DNA of 64,000 nt. Origin: a phage. This document shows positions 20,512 through 29,473 of the stretch, piece after piece. The notes under the pieces were generated by a model. The model was given only the letters and a program-made list of their open reading frames with translations, was not told the origin of the DNA and ran no database searches. Each line of letters opens with the position of its first letter. Position 1 is the stretch's first letter. The translations under genes and the position numbers were made by a program. Where the stretch lies: assembly GCA_024875585.1 (NCBI GenBank), contig GCA_024875585.1_4107.1; one strand, given 5' to 3'.

Positions 20512-21366
20512 ATGAAACTTTATCTAATAGTTGACTATAATAAAGAATATGCTGGAAATTTTTCTGAAGATTCAGAAGGACATTGTACCTCTACTAATGT
20601 TAATGTGCGTTCCAGTAATACACATGAGCATGAATCAATTACTAATCTAAAAAATTTCATCACATATCGAGCCTTTGAAACCAATTTTTGTCGTTCGAGA
20701 TATTCTAAGTTTGAGTACCCATTAATTGATGTTCCTGATGAATTGATGTTCCAGCTAATGTTAACTGGAGTTCAAGATTATGATTATATTGCTTATAATC
20801 ACATAACAAAGAAGATTTACATTGGAACATCAGTACACGATACTTCCATGTATGCATCATGCCCAGATGATCGAATGAAGCATAGAAATTCATACTATAG
20901 TGGATCAGTTGGTTCAAATAATTCATCAAATAAAAATTCATTCTTTGAGTACGTGTATGATTACCATCACGAGAAAAAAGAACGTGAAGATTACTGTATA
21001 GAGATTGATAGTACTAATGGATATGAAGACGTAAAAGAAGCTCTTATGCCATACATTATAGAAAAATACTACAAAGATTTTCAGTACTGTAGTAATTTTC
21101 TAATCAGAAATTCTATTCAAATCGGTCGTCAATCCACTGCATACGCTATGTACTACAGTGATTCTCCAGTTGTAGCAGGAAATGAAAGGGGTGATATCCT
21201 ACCAATTCCACGTGAAGATATGACATTCATTTTTACATCTTTTATTGAGGATGATGAATTGTACGTTAAAAATAAGCATCGTTTCATGCCAAGTAAAATT
21301 GAGATTATTAGAAGCATCAGTGTTGATATATTAACCAATTTTACTGAAAAAACTGAATATAACTGA
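20512..21366 (+). CDS. hypothetical protein with family-A-like motif (DELMFQLMLTG)
   Basis: 284-aa ORF with GGAG RBS. Confidence 0.6.
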   Translation: MKLYLIVDYNKEYAGNFSEDSEGHCTSTNVNVRSSNTHEHESITNLKNFITYRAFETNFCRSRYSKFEYPLIDVPDELMFQLMLTGVQDYDYIAYNHITKKIYIGTSVHDTSMYASCPDDRMKHRNSYYSGSVGSNNSSNKNSFFEYVYDYHHEKKEREDYCIEIDSTNGYEDVKEALMPYIIEKYYKDFQYCSNFLIRNSIQIGRQSTAYAMYYSDSPVVAGNERGDILPIPREDMTFIFTSFIEDDELYVKNKHRFMPSKIEIIRSISVDILTNFTEKTEYN

Positions 21367-21383
21367 GACAAAATAGAAGTTAA

Positions 21384-21392
21384 TGATATAAT
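21384..21392 (+). promoter_or_regulatory. TGATATAAT extended -10 element
   Basis: same 9-mer as other intergenic promoters; directly abuts a terminator-like hairpin. Confidence 0.3.
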
Positions 21393-21396
21393 GTGA

Positions 21397-21426
21397 GGTG
21401 ACAGTATATACTGTCACCTTTTTTTA
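21397..21426 (+). terminator. strong rho-independent terminator
   Basis: perfect palindrome ggtgacagtatatactgtcacc followed by TTTTTTT. Confidence 0.8.
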
Positions 21427-21994
21427 ATCCTGAAAGGTTCCTATAAGGAAATGATTAAAAGCCTAATCCACTCGAAAATGTAGAGGGTAGATGAGTAGTC
21501 CTTTCAGTACGAACAGCAGATGAAACCCGTTAGATGATGGCATAGTTTGAACCACTCACGGCAATGCGGCTGTATAAAGAACTCCAATAGGATAAAGAGA
21601 GTTCCTAGATAGACATATAAGGATCGCACCTTACCAATTATCTAAGGGAGATTTCATAAGAAATATGCGGTCGGAATTATACAATATAGTTGCGTCCAAA
21701 TTTTGTGAAATCAAATACAAGTACTGGTCATATGGTATTTGTATTATGTGTCGGGATGTTTAAGACCGACGACCGTTGCTACAAGAACCGCGATAGAGAG
21801 AAACAGAGCAACCCGCTTTCGTCTCGTAAGAGAATTCGTGATATGAACTATGTGAAGGCCACCAGCGTCAAACTTTTTTGTTCTTTCCCCTGCGGGGGGG
21901 GATGAAATATGCTCAAGCAAACCTCGTCAATATTAATTAAAAGACTTTATAATACTTGTAGAATTGTACATGCACCGCATGGAGAATTCTACTG

Positions 21995-22591
21995 ATGTTG
22001 ATTACATCAACATCACGTATATTCATTGATGTTTCCATAGGAATAATGATGGCATTTATTAAAAAAGAAAAAACTATTACTTATAAAACTTTGAATTTTG
22101 ATGATTGTATTAATCAATCACAGGACGAAAATATTTTTACTGGATATGTGGTTATTAAAGAAAAAGGATGCATTTCTTATATAAAGGAATTGCAAAATGG
22201 CATTGAAGTCACTTCAGTTAAATTACTTCCTACACAAAAACCAACAATATCAAAAGCCCAGTACGGTAATTATTTCGAGGAAAGATACAGTAATAATTTA
22301 ATAAGTGTTAAAGCTCATATTGTAAAAGGAGAACTAGAAGGAGAATATAGAAAATTCAACCCACAAGGAAAATGTGTTTGGGTTAAATACTACAATTCAG
22401 GTGTTGATATAACATCTGAAATTATAGAGTTCTTAGGGTTGTCATGTACACCTGAAACTCTTCATGACTACAAATTTAATACTGAAGAAGAGTTTAATCT
22501 GATGATGCGTTATGGATCACATTTTAAATTTTTATATGAATATAACGTTGACAGTAGTATTTTTGATAAAATAGTACATAACTGTCTATAA
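21995..22591 (+). CDS. hypothetical protein with MORN-like G.Y..F...G repeats
   Basis: ORF; start uncertain (alternative ATG 22046 has an AGGAA RBS). Confidence 0.5.
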   Translation: MLITSTSRIFIDVSIGIMMAFIKKEKTITYKTLNFDDCINQSQDENIFTGYVVIKEKGCISYIKELQNGIEVTSVKLLPTQKPTISKAQYGNYFEERYSNNLISVKAHIVKGELEGEYRKFNPQGKCVWVKYYNSGVDITSEIIEFLGLSCTPETLHDYKFNTEEEFNLMMRYGSHFKFLYEYNVDSSIFDKIVHNCL

Positions 22592-22607
22592 CAAAAGGAT
22601 TTATATA

Positions 22608-23129
22608 ATGTCGAAGAAGGATACTTCGAATAAGCACTCAGTTCATTTCAGTACTGGAAAAGATAACTGGACAACCCCAAAAGATTTTTTTGAAGATTTA
22701 GATGAGTTATGGGGATTTACACTTGATGCTGCTTGTGTAGATGAGACTGCATTGTGTGATAATTTTTTCACTCCAGAAGATGATTCACTGTCACAGGATT
22801 GGGGAAATAATATAGTTTGGTTGAATCCACCATATAGTGACTTAAAAACATGGTTATCTAAAGCTGTAGATGCATATAATAACGGAGCAACTGTAGTTAT
22901 TCTTGTACCCTCAAGAACCGATACAATTGCTTTTCAGGATTATGCTGCTAAAATATGTGATTGTATTTGTTTTATTAAGGGAAGATTGCGATTTGGTATA
23001 CCAGAAGAACCCGATAAGAAAACTGATTCAGCACCATTTCCTTCGTGTCTGATAGTTCTGGATAAGTACTTAACCACTGCTAAAATCAATTGTCTTAAAT
23101 CTCTCGGATTGGTGATGAAGAATTTATGA
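22608..23129 (+). CDS. DNA N6-adenine methyltransferase (phage Dam family)
   Basis: N-terminal W-T-TP motif (DNWTTPKDFF) and catalytic NPPY (VWLNPPYSD); AAGGA RBS. Confidence 0.7.
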   Translation: MSKKDTSNKHSVHFSTGKDNWTTPKDFFEDLDELWGFTLDAACVDETALCDNFFTPEDDSLSQDWGNNIVWLNPPYSDLKTWLSKAVDAYNNGATVVILVPSRTDTIAFQDYAAKICDCICFIKGRLRFGIPEEPDKKTDSAPFPSCLIVLDKYLTTAKINCLKSLGLVMKNL

Positions 23130-23659
23130 AAGAAACATGTATATTATCATTTATGAGATGTAACCCAGTCCACAATGGACATGGTTTAGTTTTTGAAAAG
23201 GCCAAAACATTACAAGAACAGTACAATGCTGATTTAAAAATTTATCTAAGCACTAGTACTGACAATATAAAAAACCCACTACCACCTGAACTAAAAATGT
23301 ATTATACAGAGGGATTCTATCCTTCAGTGCAAGAGAACATCTACACAGAGGACAATCTATTTGATATAATGAGAGAACTGGATGGAAAGTACTTAGATGT
23401 TCTCTTCATATGTGGTTCTGACCGTATTGATTCTTTTCAGAAAACCCTTGACACTTACAATGGGAAGTTGTATAATTTTTGTAATATAAAAGTAATTCAA
23501 GCAGGTATTGACCGCCAATCAAGTCGATATAGCTCAACACAAATGCGTAAGTTTGCCAAAAATGAAGATTTTGATAGTTTTCGTGAGTTTTTGCCTGGAA
23601 ATGACGAGAACTTAAAAATTCAATTATTTGAAGATGTTATAAAATACATGAGGAAATAA
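23126..23659 (+). CDS. nucleotidyltransferase (NMN/NaMN adenylyltransferase-like, HxGH superfamily)
   Basis: F-x-x-x-NP-x-H-x-GH motif (SFMRCNPVHNGH) and SxTxxR motif (SSTQMR); ATGA overlap with the methyltransferase. Confidence 0.55.
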   Translation: MKETCILSFMRCNPVHNGHGLVFEKAKTLQEQYNADLKIYLSTSTDNIKNPLPPELKMYYTEGFYPSVQENIYTEDNLFDIMRELDGKYLDVLFICGSDRIDSFQKTLDTYNGKLYNFCNIKVIQAGIDRQSSRYSSTQMRKFAKNEDFDSFREFLPGNDENLKIQLFEDVIKYMRK

Positions 23660-23661
23660 TT

Positions 23662-23955
23662 ATGTCAGTACTGTTCAAAACTAATCCAGTACTTTGGGAA
23701 CAAAATGAACAATCAGGATTTCGTTCCATCCATGTTGAATACAAAGGTAATACAGTAGTTGCAATTATTGCTAACAAAACTCTAGGAAAATGGACCGCAC
23801 AGGTTGTTCCTATGGGCTATTCTTATACATCTGATGAGGTTCAATTTTTAGCTGAACTTTATCGTCAAGTTCCTTTTATTATTAATGTGTTAGAAGGCAA
23901 TGATACATTATCACATGAAGATGTGATTGATTTTCTTGGAAACTTACATGTGTGA
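23662..23955 (+). CDS. hypothetical protein
   Basis: 97-aa ORF. Confidence 0.5.
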   Translation: MSVLFKTNPVLWEQNEQSGFRSIHVEYKGNTVVAIIANKTLGKWTAQVVPMGYSYTSDEVQFLAELYRQVPFIINVLEGNDTLSHEDVIDFLGNLHV

Positions 23956-24235
23956 TGAAATAAATCTTACAGGATATTTTTTACAAGAATCTATGATCAA
24001 ATTTAGTGAACATTTCCCAGTACTGGATGGTATCGAAATGTGGCATGTCAAACCACTGTTTCACACTTTCAGTAAAGAGCACAAAATGTTATTGACTGAA
24101 GCGAGTAAATCAAATAACATATGTGAAATCAAAATTGGTGTAAATGTCTATAAAGGGATGGTTATCTTTTTTGACAATAACAGCAACTACTTTTATATTG
24201 TTAAGGAGCAATACGTTGACAAATACAAATACTAA
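23927..24235 (+). CDS. hypothetical protein
   Basis: 102-aa ORF. Confidence 0.45.
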   Translation: MIFLETYMCDEINLTGYFLQESMIKFSEHFPVLDGIEMWHVKPLFHTFSKEHKMLLTEASKSNNICEIKIGVNVYKGMVIFFDNNSNYFYIVKEQYVDKYKY

Positions 24236-24824
24236 TACATACTTCCGTTATCTTCGTTTAGGTCTTTCCCTTCGACCAATCCGTGGAAAGTGTGATTCAC
24301 TCGCAGACCTTGACTATGCATATGCATTACATCATGAGGGTGTACAGTATGTATTGGGTGATTATGGTGAATTTGAAGAAACAAATGACAGTACTGGAAT
24401 TAATGCTGGTGTAGAAAATCTCAACAACATTGCAAACAGTTCGCGTCATGATATTGTGTTACAGATTCAAAACTTTATTGAGCAACACACTGGTAAACGT
24501 GTTTGGTGTTATGTCGGAACTGATGCACAAATGTCTATTTCATTCGGTAATGATGACGGATATGTCGCACAGCTAATTATGGATTTTGAATCTGAAGAGA
24601 AGTTTTTAGAATTTAAAGATAAAATCATCAAATCACTCGTTGATATGGGTATCCCAGAAGATAAAATGCCAGAAGTTCAAAACATTGATGAATTTGTTTT
24701 GATTCCATCTGATGAGAAATACGATGCTATGTTTTCTGCTCTTAATATTCCAGGAGTCATTGTGGAGTACTTTGATGATGGTGATGATAGCATCTATATC
24801 GATTTAGATGACGATGATGAATAA
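24144..24824 (+). CDS. hypothetical protein with acidic C-terminal tail (DLDDDDE)
   Basis: ORF; true start uncertain, probably downstream of 24235. Confidence 0.45.
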   Translation: MSIKGWLSFLTITATTFILLRSNTLTNTNTNTYFRYLRLGLSLRPIRGKCDSLADLDYAYALHHEGVQYVLGDYGEFEETNDSTGINAGVENLNNIANSSRHDIVLQIQNFIEQHTGKRVWCYVGTDAQMSISFGNDDGYVAQLIMDFESEEKFLEFKDKIIKSLVDMGIPEDKMPEVQNIDEFVLIPSDEKYDAMFSALNIPGVIVEYFDDGDDSIYIDLDDDDE

Positions 24825-24828
24825 TATA

Positions 24829-24857
24829 TAGCCCGACATAAGTTCGGGCTATTTTTG
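24829..24857 (+). terminator. rho-independent terminator
   Basis: hairpin tagcccga-cataagt-tcgggcta then TTTTTG. Confidence 0.8.
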
Positions 24858-24868
24858 TAAGGGGAAAT

Positions 24869-25144
24869 ATGAATTATAAATTTCTACAATATACATACAC
24901 AATATTATTTGATTTACATCACAATGGACGATATATCAACACAATACGAGAAAACACATTTACTCATATGTTATGGATTGATTACTTAGAAACGATTCGT
25001 GCATATTTTGTTAATACTGAGATAATCATTCGTGGTAAAAAACAGAAGATTCAACATGTTAATAGTTATGGTGGTAAATTAACTCTAACATTTACCGATA
25101 ATAATACTAATGAAATATGTTGTATCGAGTTGGTGAACATATGA
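24869..25144 (+). CDS. family-C small protein (N-terminal F.QYTYT.L motif)
   Basis: 91-aa ORF; paralogous to the next five ORFs. Confidence 0.6.
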   Translation: MNYKFLQYTYTILFDLHHNGRYINTIRENTFTHMLWIDYLETIRAYFVNTEIIIRGKKQKIQHVNSYGGKLTLTFTDNNTNEICCIELVNI

Positions 25145-25407
25145 ATTATAAAGATTTCCAATTAACATATAAGATTATTCGCAATCTAGCACACAGCAAT
25201 AATAGCCCTAGTCTAGAAGACACATGCACAGAAATGATCCATACGATTCGTGCAAAGATTGAAGAAAATTTCAGTACTGTTATTATTAATGATGACCATG
25301 CAGAATTTTCTGATATAATCATTAGACGTGATGGTAAAGTTGAGGTTCAGTACTACACTGATTTTGGATTTACAAGTGTACCGTTGGAGATATTCCCTTG
25401 GGATTAA
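25141..25407 (+). CDS. family-C small protein
   Basis: ORF starting MNYKDFQLTYKII; ATGA overlap. Confidence 0.55.
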   Translation: MNYKDFQLTYKIIRNLAHSNNSPSLEDTCTEMIHTIRAKIEENFSTVIINDDHAEFSDIIIRRDGKVEVQYYTDFGFTSVPLEIFPWD

Positions 25408-25709
25408 ATTTAAATGATATACAATTCACTTATAAGGTACTATATGATTTGTATGATGCATACCTTGTTAGTAACAAAATAGGTTCACATAACCCAACCA
25501 AAGAACAATCATTTATTGATTTATATATTGAGTACTTAGATTCTATTGAAAACTATCTCAAAAAGAATTACAGTACTTTTATCGATGGAAATGATACATT
25601 CGATTTCTATGGTGTGCAATCATATGATGGTATAATCCATGTTCAATTTCAGGAAAGAACCGATAGGGAATTTATCGAAATTAAAGTTGTGAAGTTGGTG
25701 AATTTATAA
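25398..25709 (+). CDS. family-C small protein
   Basis: ORF with DIQFTYKVLYDL; probable TTG start. Confidence 0.5.
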   Translation: MGLNLNDIQFTYKVLYDLYDAYLVSNKIGSHNPTKEQSFIDLYIEYLDSIENYLKKNYSTFIDGNDTFDFYGVQSYDGIIHVQFQERTDREFIEIKVVKLVNL

Positions 25710-25719
25710 GAGGTTACAT

Positions 25720-26031
25720 ATGTTATTAAATGATATACAATTTACATACAAATTTTTGTATATCCAATTCGCAACGGTTGATGCTGGTGAATATATCTAC
25801 AGTGAAGTTTATCGTTCGATATGGATAAAGTTTTTAGATGAATTACATGAATATTACCATGATTTGCGTATAGTTCGTAATAATAAAATATACAAATTCC
25901 GCGATATTGTTAGTCATAGCGGTAAGCTACGATTGGAATTAAGTACTGATAGTGATGTTGATTGGATTGGTGTAAATTTACTGGAGTTGGAGAATGAAAA
26001 GCAACTTAAAGGAAATACAAGTATTTTATAA
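25720..26031 (+). CDS. family-C small protein
   Basis: ORF MLLNDIQFTYKFLY with AGAGG RBS. Confidence 0.6.
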   Translation: MLLNDIQFTYKFLYIQFATVDAGEYIYSEVYRSIWIKFLDELHEYYHDLRIVRNNKIYKFRDIVSHSGKLRLELSTDSDVDWIGVNLLELENEKQLKGNTSIL

Positions 26032-26278
26032 ATTCTTATACTTGTCATATGTTAAAGATGAGTACTATGAAAGTGTGTATTATTTTTTATGGCAACATTA
26101 CCGTACTATAGTAAGAGATTTATATCTAGGAAAATCTATCATATACAATGGTGAAAAATGTACATGTACGGATGTAGTTAGTTTTAATGGTTCTTTAACA
26201 CTGTGTTTCAGATGCGATAATAATAGTGGGTCATTTTCATTAAACGTATATCAGTTAGAAGGAATAAATTTTGAATAA
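25994..26278 (+). CDS. family-C small protein
   Basis: ORF with EIQVFYKFLYLS. Confidence 0.5.
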   Translation: MKSNLKEIQVFYKFLYLSYVKDEYYESVYYFLWQHYRTIVRDLYLGKSIIYNGEKCTCTDVVSFNGSLTLCFRCDNNSGSFSLNVYQLEGINFE

Positions 26279-26471
26279 GTGTCCATATTGTAACAGTACT
26301 CAATTAGCTCGTTTCCGTTTAGATTCAGACTGGGCAACTGGTGCTGGGGATTTCTTCCCTATTAATGATGATGCGGAATACACCGAAGAACAACACAAAG
26401 ATTTTGATAAATCATGGCGACCGGACATTGAGTGCATTTATTGCCTTAATTGTGAGCGTGTCCATGACTAA
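26271..26471 (+). CDS. small zinc-ribbon protein (CPYC...CIYCLNC)
   Basis: 66-aa ORF with two Cys pairs. Confidence 0.5.
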   Translation: MNKCPYCNSTQLARFRLDSDWATGAGDFFPINDDAEYTEEQHKDFDKSWRPDIECIYCLNCERVHD

Positions 26472-26727
26472 AGCTGAACTAATAGTTCATACATATAAAA
26501 TGATATCAAGTACTGAGTTATCATATAGTGAAGATAATCCGGTACTGGATTATTTTGTGGAATTATTGAAAGACCATTATATTGGTAAATCACTGAATCT
26601 TAATAATATTAATTTCACTGTAAAGGATGTAGCACCAGGTAAAAACGTACTAATAGTATGTGTTACTTCATCTGATAACCCAGTATACCCAATATCAATA
26701 ACTTTTGAGATATTAGGGGATGTATGA
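26464..26727 (+). CDS. family-B small protein (HYIGKSLNL)
   Basis: ORF; start ATG 26464 overlapping the previous stop. Confidence 0.5.
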   Translation: MTKAELIVHTYKMISSTELSYSEDNPVLDYFVELLKDHYIGKSLNLNNINFTVKDVAPGKNVLIVCVTSSDNPVYPISITFEILGDV

Positions 26728-27014
26728 ATATCATTTTAATACAAAAAACATATACTCTACTAATGAAAGAATATGCTAATACTTATGATGAAAGGTGTAG
26801 TGCAATTCATAATATGTATGAATTTATTACTCAAGAGTACAGGGATTATATATATGCTGCGTTAGTGGGTAGATATTTCAGTACTAGAAAATACCCAAAA
26901 CTTCAAATAGTTGATGTTTCTTTTTATTTCAATGGTCATATTACTATTCATAGTTTAGACCAAGATTCAACAACGTACTTAAACTTTTCATTTGATGAGG
27001 TAACATTTTTATGA
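26724..27014 (+). CDS. family-C small protein
   Basis: ORF with IQKTYTLLMKEY. Confidence 0.55.
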   Translation: MNIILIQKTYTLLMKEYANTYDERCSAIHNMYEFITQEYRDYIYAALVGRYFSTRKYPKLQIVDVSFYFNGHITIHSLDQDSTTYLNFSFDEVTFL

Positions 27015-27193
27015 GAACAGTATTTTTTATCTGGAGTCTTTTTTCATTGGCAGTACTGACAGTTTCAGGTGCTTATTCATTTTTAACAATGAACACATGG
27101 TATGTTAATTTACTATTCCCAATTGTTGGTGTTGGTTTAGGATTTAGTTTACATAGTGTATGTAAGGATTACAATGACAAATACAACAAATGA
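27011..27193 (+). CDS. small membrane protein (2 predicted TM helices)
   Basis: 60-aa hydrophobic ORF. Confidence 0.45.
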   Translation: MRTVFFIWSLFSLAVLTVSGAYSFLTMNTWYVNLLFPIVGVGLGFSLHSVCKDYNDKYNK

Positions 27194-27458
27194 AGTTCTT
27201 ATTGCTGAAACAATGAAGATGATTTACTTTATTACTACGGCACAGGATTTGTCTTATCCAGTGAAATCGTTACTTAGGTCAATGTATCTTGATATTGTAA
27301 AAGAATATTATAAATCTAAACACAGAAGCATTATTAGTGTTTATCGTGATTATGAAAGGATTCGTATTTTATTCTGGAACAAGAATCGAGTACGTTCTGA
27401 ATGTGATCTAGTAGATTTTAAATTAGAGAATCTTTATTGCTATAAACAGGAACAATAG
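27174..27458 (+). CDS. hypothetical small protein
   Basis: ORF; start ATG 27174. Confidence 0.45.
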   Translation: MTNTTNEVLIAETMKMIYFITTAQDLSYPVKSLLRSMYLDIVKEYYKSKHRSIISVYRDYERIRILFWNKNRVRSECDLVDFKLENLYCYKQEQ

Positions 27459-27467
27459 TTTAATTCA

Positions 27468-27476
27468 TGATATAAT
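27468..27476 (+). promoter_or_regulatory. TGATATAAT extended -10 promoter element
   Basis: intergenic, upstream of ORF 27517 (AAGGAG RBS). Confidence 0.45.
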
Positions 27477-27516
27477 AAAGGGTAAGGAACAATAATTAAC
27501 ACAAGGAGTGTGTGAA

Positions 27517-28245
27517 ATGCTTGACCGTATCCGTTTCGCTACAGAGATGGCGAATGAATTAAACATGGCAAATTTCCAAATGTTAACATCAGTAATGGCT
27601 GAACATGCATGTGCTTATTCTGTAAGTGGTGTGCAGTGTGGTCAGGAGAATATGTTAGCAGATGTTTATAGTGAAGTACAAAGTAAGCAATATAGTGTAA
27701 AGACTTACAAGGACAAGTTTGTAAGTCTTTACATGAATGAAGATATTAAAGAAGATCGTAAATTCACTGATTTTATTATTGAACGTCGAGTATCGGGTGT
27801 ATCTAATCCTAATGCATCAAGTGATGAAGTCTTTGCGGAAGTACTTCAAGATATATATGAAAATGAATTGAAAAGTAAGAATCATTACAATGTACGTGAA
27901 ACTAGCACAGTGCTCTTGGGATATGATGAAGACGAACAATATTATTATTTCCGTATGACTGAAGTTCCATTTGAATATAAATCACCAAACACCACATCAG
28001 TTAAAGAATTTACTGAAAAAAGTAAAAATTACATGAAACATGAAGGTAATCGCTGTAGTGTGAATGGTTATGATGAAAATGGTGTTCATGTTTACGAGTG
28101 GATTCATCCTAACTGTCAGACATACACCCGTTGCTTGAAAAAACGTTATAATTTAGAAGAGCATGACTCATTCTATTTTAAGGTAAAGAAACAAGATTAC
28201 CGTCGCCCTGATGATTCTGAATTAATGGGGATGGTCTATTTCTAA
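27517..28245 (+). CDS. hypothetical protein
   Basis: 242-aa ORF; ATG 27517 after AAGGAG. Confidence 0.6.
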   Translation: MLDRIRFATEMANELNMANFQMLTSVMAEHACAYSVSGVQCGQENMLADVYSEVQSKQYSVKTYKDKFVSLYMNEDIKEDRKFTDFIIERRVSGVSNPNASSDEVFAEVLQDIYENELKSKNHYNVRETSTVLLGYDEDEQYYYFRMTEVPFEYKSPNTTSVKEFTEKSKNYMKHEGNRCSVNGYDENGVHVYEWIHPNCQTYTRCLKKRYNLEEHDSFYFKVKKQDYRRPDDSELMGMVYF

Positions 28246-28255
28246 AGGAATCGTC

Positions 28256-28540
28256 ATGGATTTATACTCACATGCTTGGACATTCGAACAGTATATTTCA
28301 TTATATAATGAAATTTACAATACTGATATGTCATACTGCAATTATTTTCGCAATATGATCGATGAATATTCAAAGGAATTTAATAGTTTATACCTTTATG
28401 TTAATAAAGAAGTTACACATAAGACTATGAATAAAACAGGTACAATTGATGAAATTTCATTTGATTCCTATGGTGTGTATTTCTATATTACATTTTCTGA
28501 TGATACTTTAGGTATACACACTTATAGTGAGTTAAAATAA
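28256..28540 (+). CDS. hypothetical small protein
   Basis: 94-aa ORF followed by a terminator. Confidence 0.55.
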   Translation: MDLYSHAWTFEQYISLYNEIYNTDMSYCNYFRNMIDEYSKEFNSLYLYVNKEVTHKTMNKTGTIDEISFDSYGVYFYITFSDDTLGIHTYSELK

Positions 28541-28546
28541 AAATAT

Positions 28547-28571
28547 AGGCCAGCGTTTGCTGGTCTTTTTT
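28547..28571 (+). terminator. rho-independent terminator
   Basis: hairpin ccagc-gttt-gctgg then TCTTTTTT. Confidence 0.65.
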
Positions 28572-28584
28572 CGCAGGTACAAAG

Positions 28585-28887
28585 ATGATCAGTATAGATT
28601 TAATTGATAGTACTATAAAAATGTTGGCTGATTTAGTGAGACAATCCAATGAAACTTTATACCAATCAATGTATAAAATGTTTGACCGATACATCAAGGA
28701 TTGTAACATATCATTATATGGACTTGCTGTTGATATAGACGATTACTATGGTATTAATACTTCATATGAAACAGGAATTTTAATTGGTATTAATATAAAG
28801 ATGGGATATTATCCTTATTACTGTATAGGATTACCAGATAATACGTTGGTAGAATATCCAGCCAGTACTATTAAATTAAGAGGATAA
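28585..28887 (+). CDS. hypothetical small protein
   Basis: 100-aa ORF. Confidence 0.5.
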   Translation: MISIDLIDSTIKMLADLVRQSNETLYQSMYKMFDRYIKDCNISLYGLAVDIDDYYGINTSYETGILIGINIKMGYYPYYCIGLPDNTLVEYPASTIKLRG

Positions 28888-28894
28888 AACTAAA

Positions 28895-29473
28895 ATGAAT
28901 GTATTAGAATTAAGTACGAAGCTGATTAGTATGCGTAACGAGTGGTACGATTGGTTTTATAATGGTACTGATATGGATTTTTCAAAATATCCATTTATGG
29001 AATCAGGATGTGATTCAAGATACCGCTGGTTGAGCAAAAGTGGTTCTGGTTTATTCATTCGTGTTGATGATAGTGGTCGAGGAATTATAAAAGATTTCAT
29101 TCAAGTTGAAGAACTCGTCTATGATAATTGGGGTGATAACGATCCATACCTTGGAAATATGATTTATGTAAGTGAAAATGATTGCATATTCGTTATCCAG
29201 CGTCATGGTGATTCTATGTTTTATGTAGCGGACAACAATACACCTGACGGTGCAGCAGCCGATGGACTTATGCCTAAGATTGATATATTGGAATTTGGAT
29301 TACCTGAGCATTTTCAGATTAGTACTTTATACGATATCCCACCACTTGAGTTCTTTGAAGAATTTAAATTATACTACAATGAACTTCAAAAATTGAGTTC
29401 TGAACATCGAATTGAAATAACAGTCAAGTACATAGATGGGACAAAATTAACCGATACGGGGATAGAATTTTGA
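28895..29473 (+). CDS. family-A-like protein (PEHFQISTLYD)
   Basis: 192-aa ORF. Confidence 0.6.
   Translation: MNVLELSTKLISMRNEWYDWFYNGTDMDFSKYPFMESGCDSRYRWLSKSGSGLFIRVDDSGRGIIKDFIQVEELVYDNWGDNDPYLGNMIYVSENDCIFVIQRHGDSMFYVADNNTPDGAAADGLMPKIDILEFGLPEHFQISTLYDIPPLEFFEEFKLYYNELQKLSSEHRIEITVKYIDGTKLTDTGIEF

Noticed and set aside
1-21366. The family motif E-x-x-Y-F-Q-S resembles the TEV/NIa protease site ENLYFQ/S, suggesting protease substrates
   Set aside because: No 3C/NIa-type protease is evident in the window, and the motif sits in a context conserved like a structural core; the resemblance is most likely coincidental
21690-21905. 71-aa ORF in the non-coding island
   Set aside because: No ribosome-binding site, atypical amino-acid composition, embedded in a region with RNA-like stem-loops
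21430-21990. tRNA genes in the non-coding island
   Set aside because: No GGTTCGAAT-type T-arm or cloverleaf seen by eye; this needs tRNAscan-SE to exclude properly
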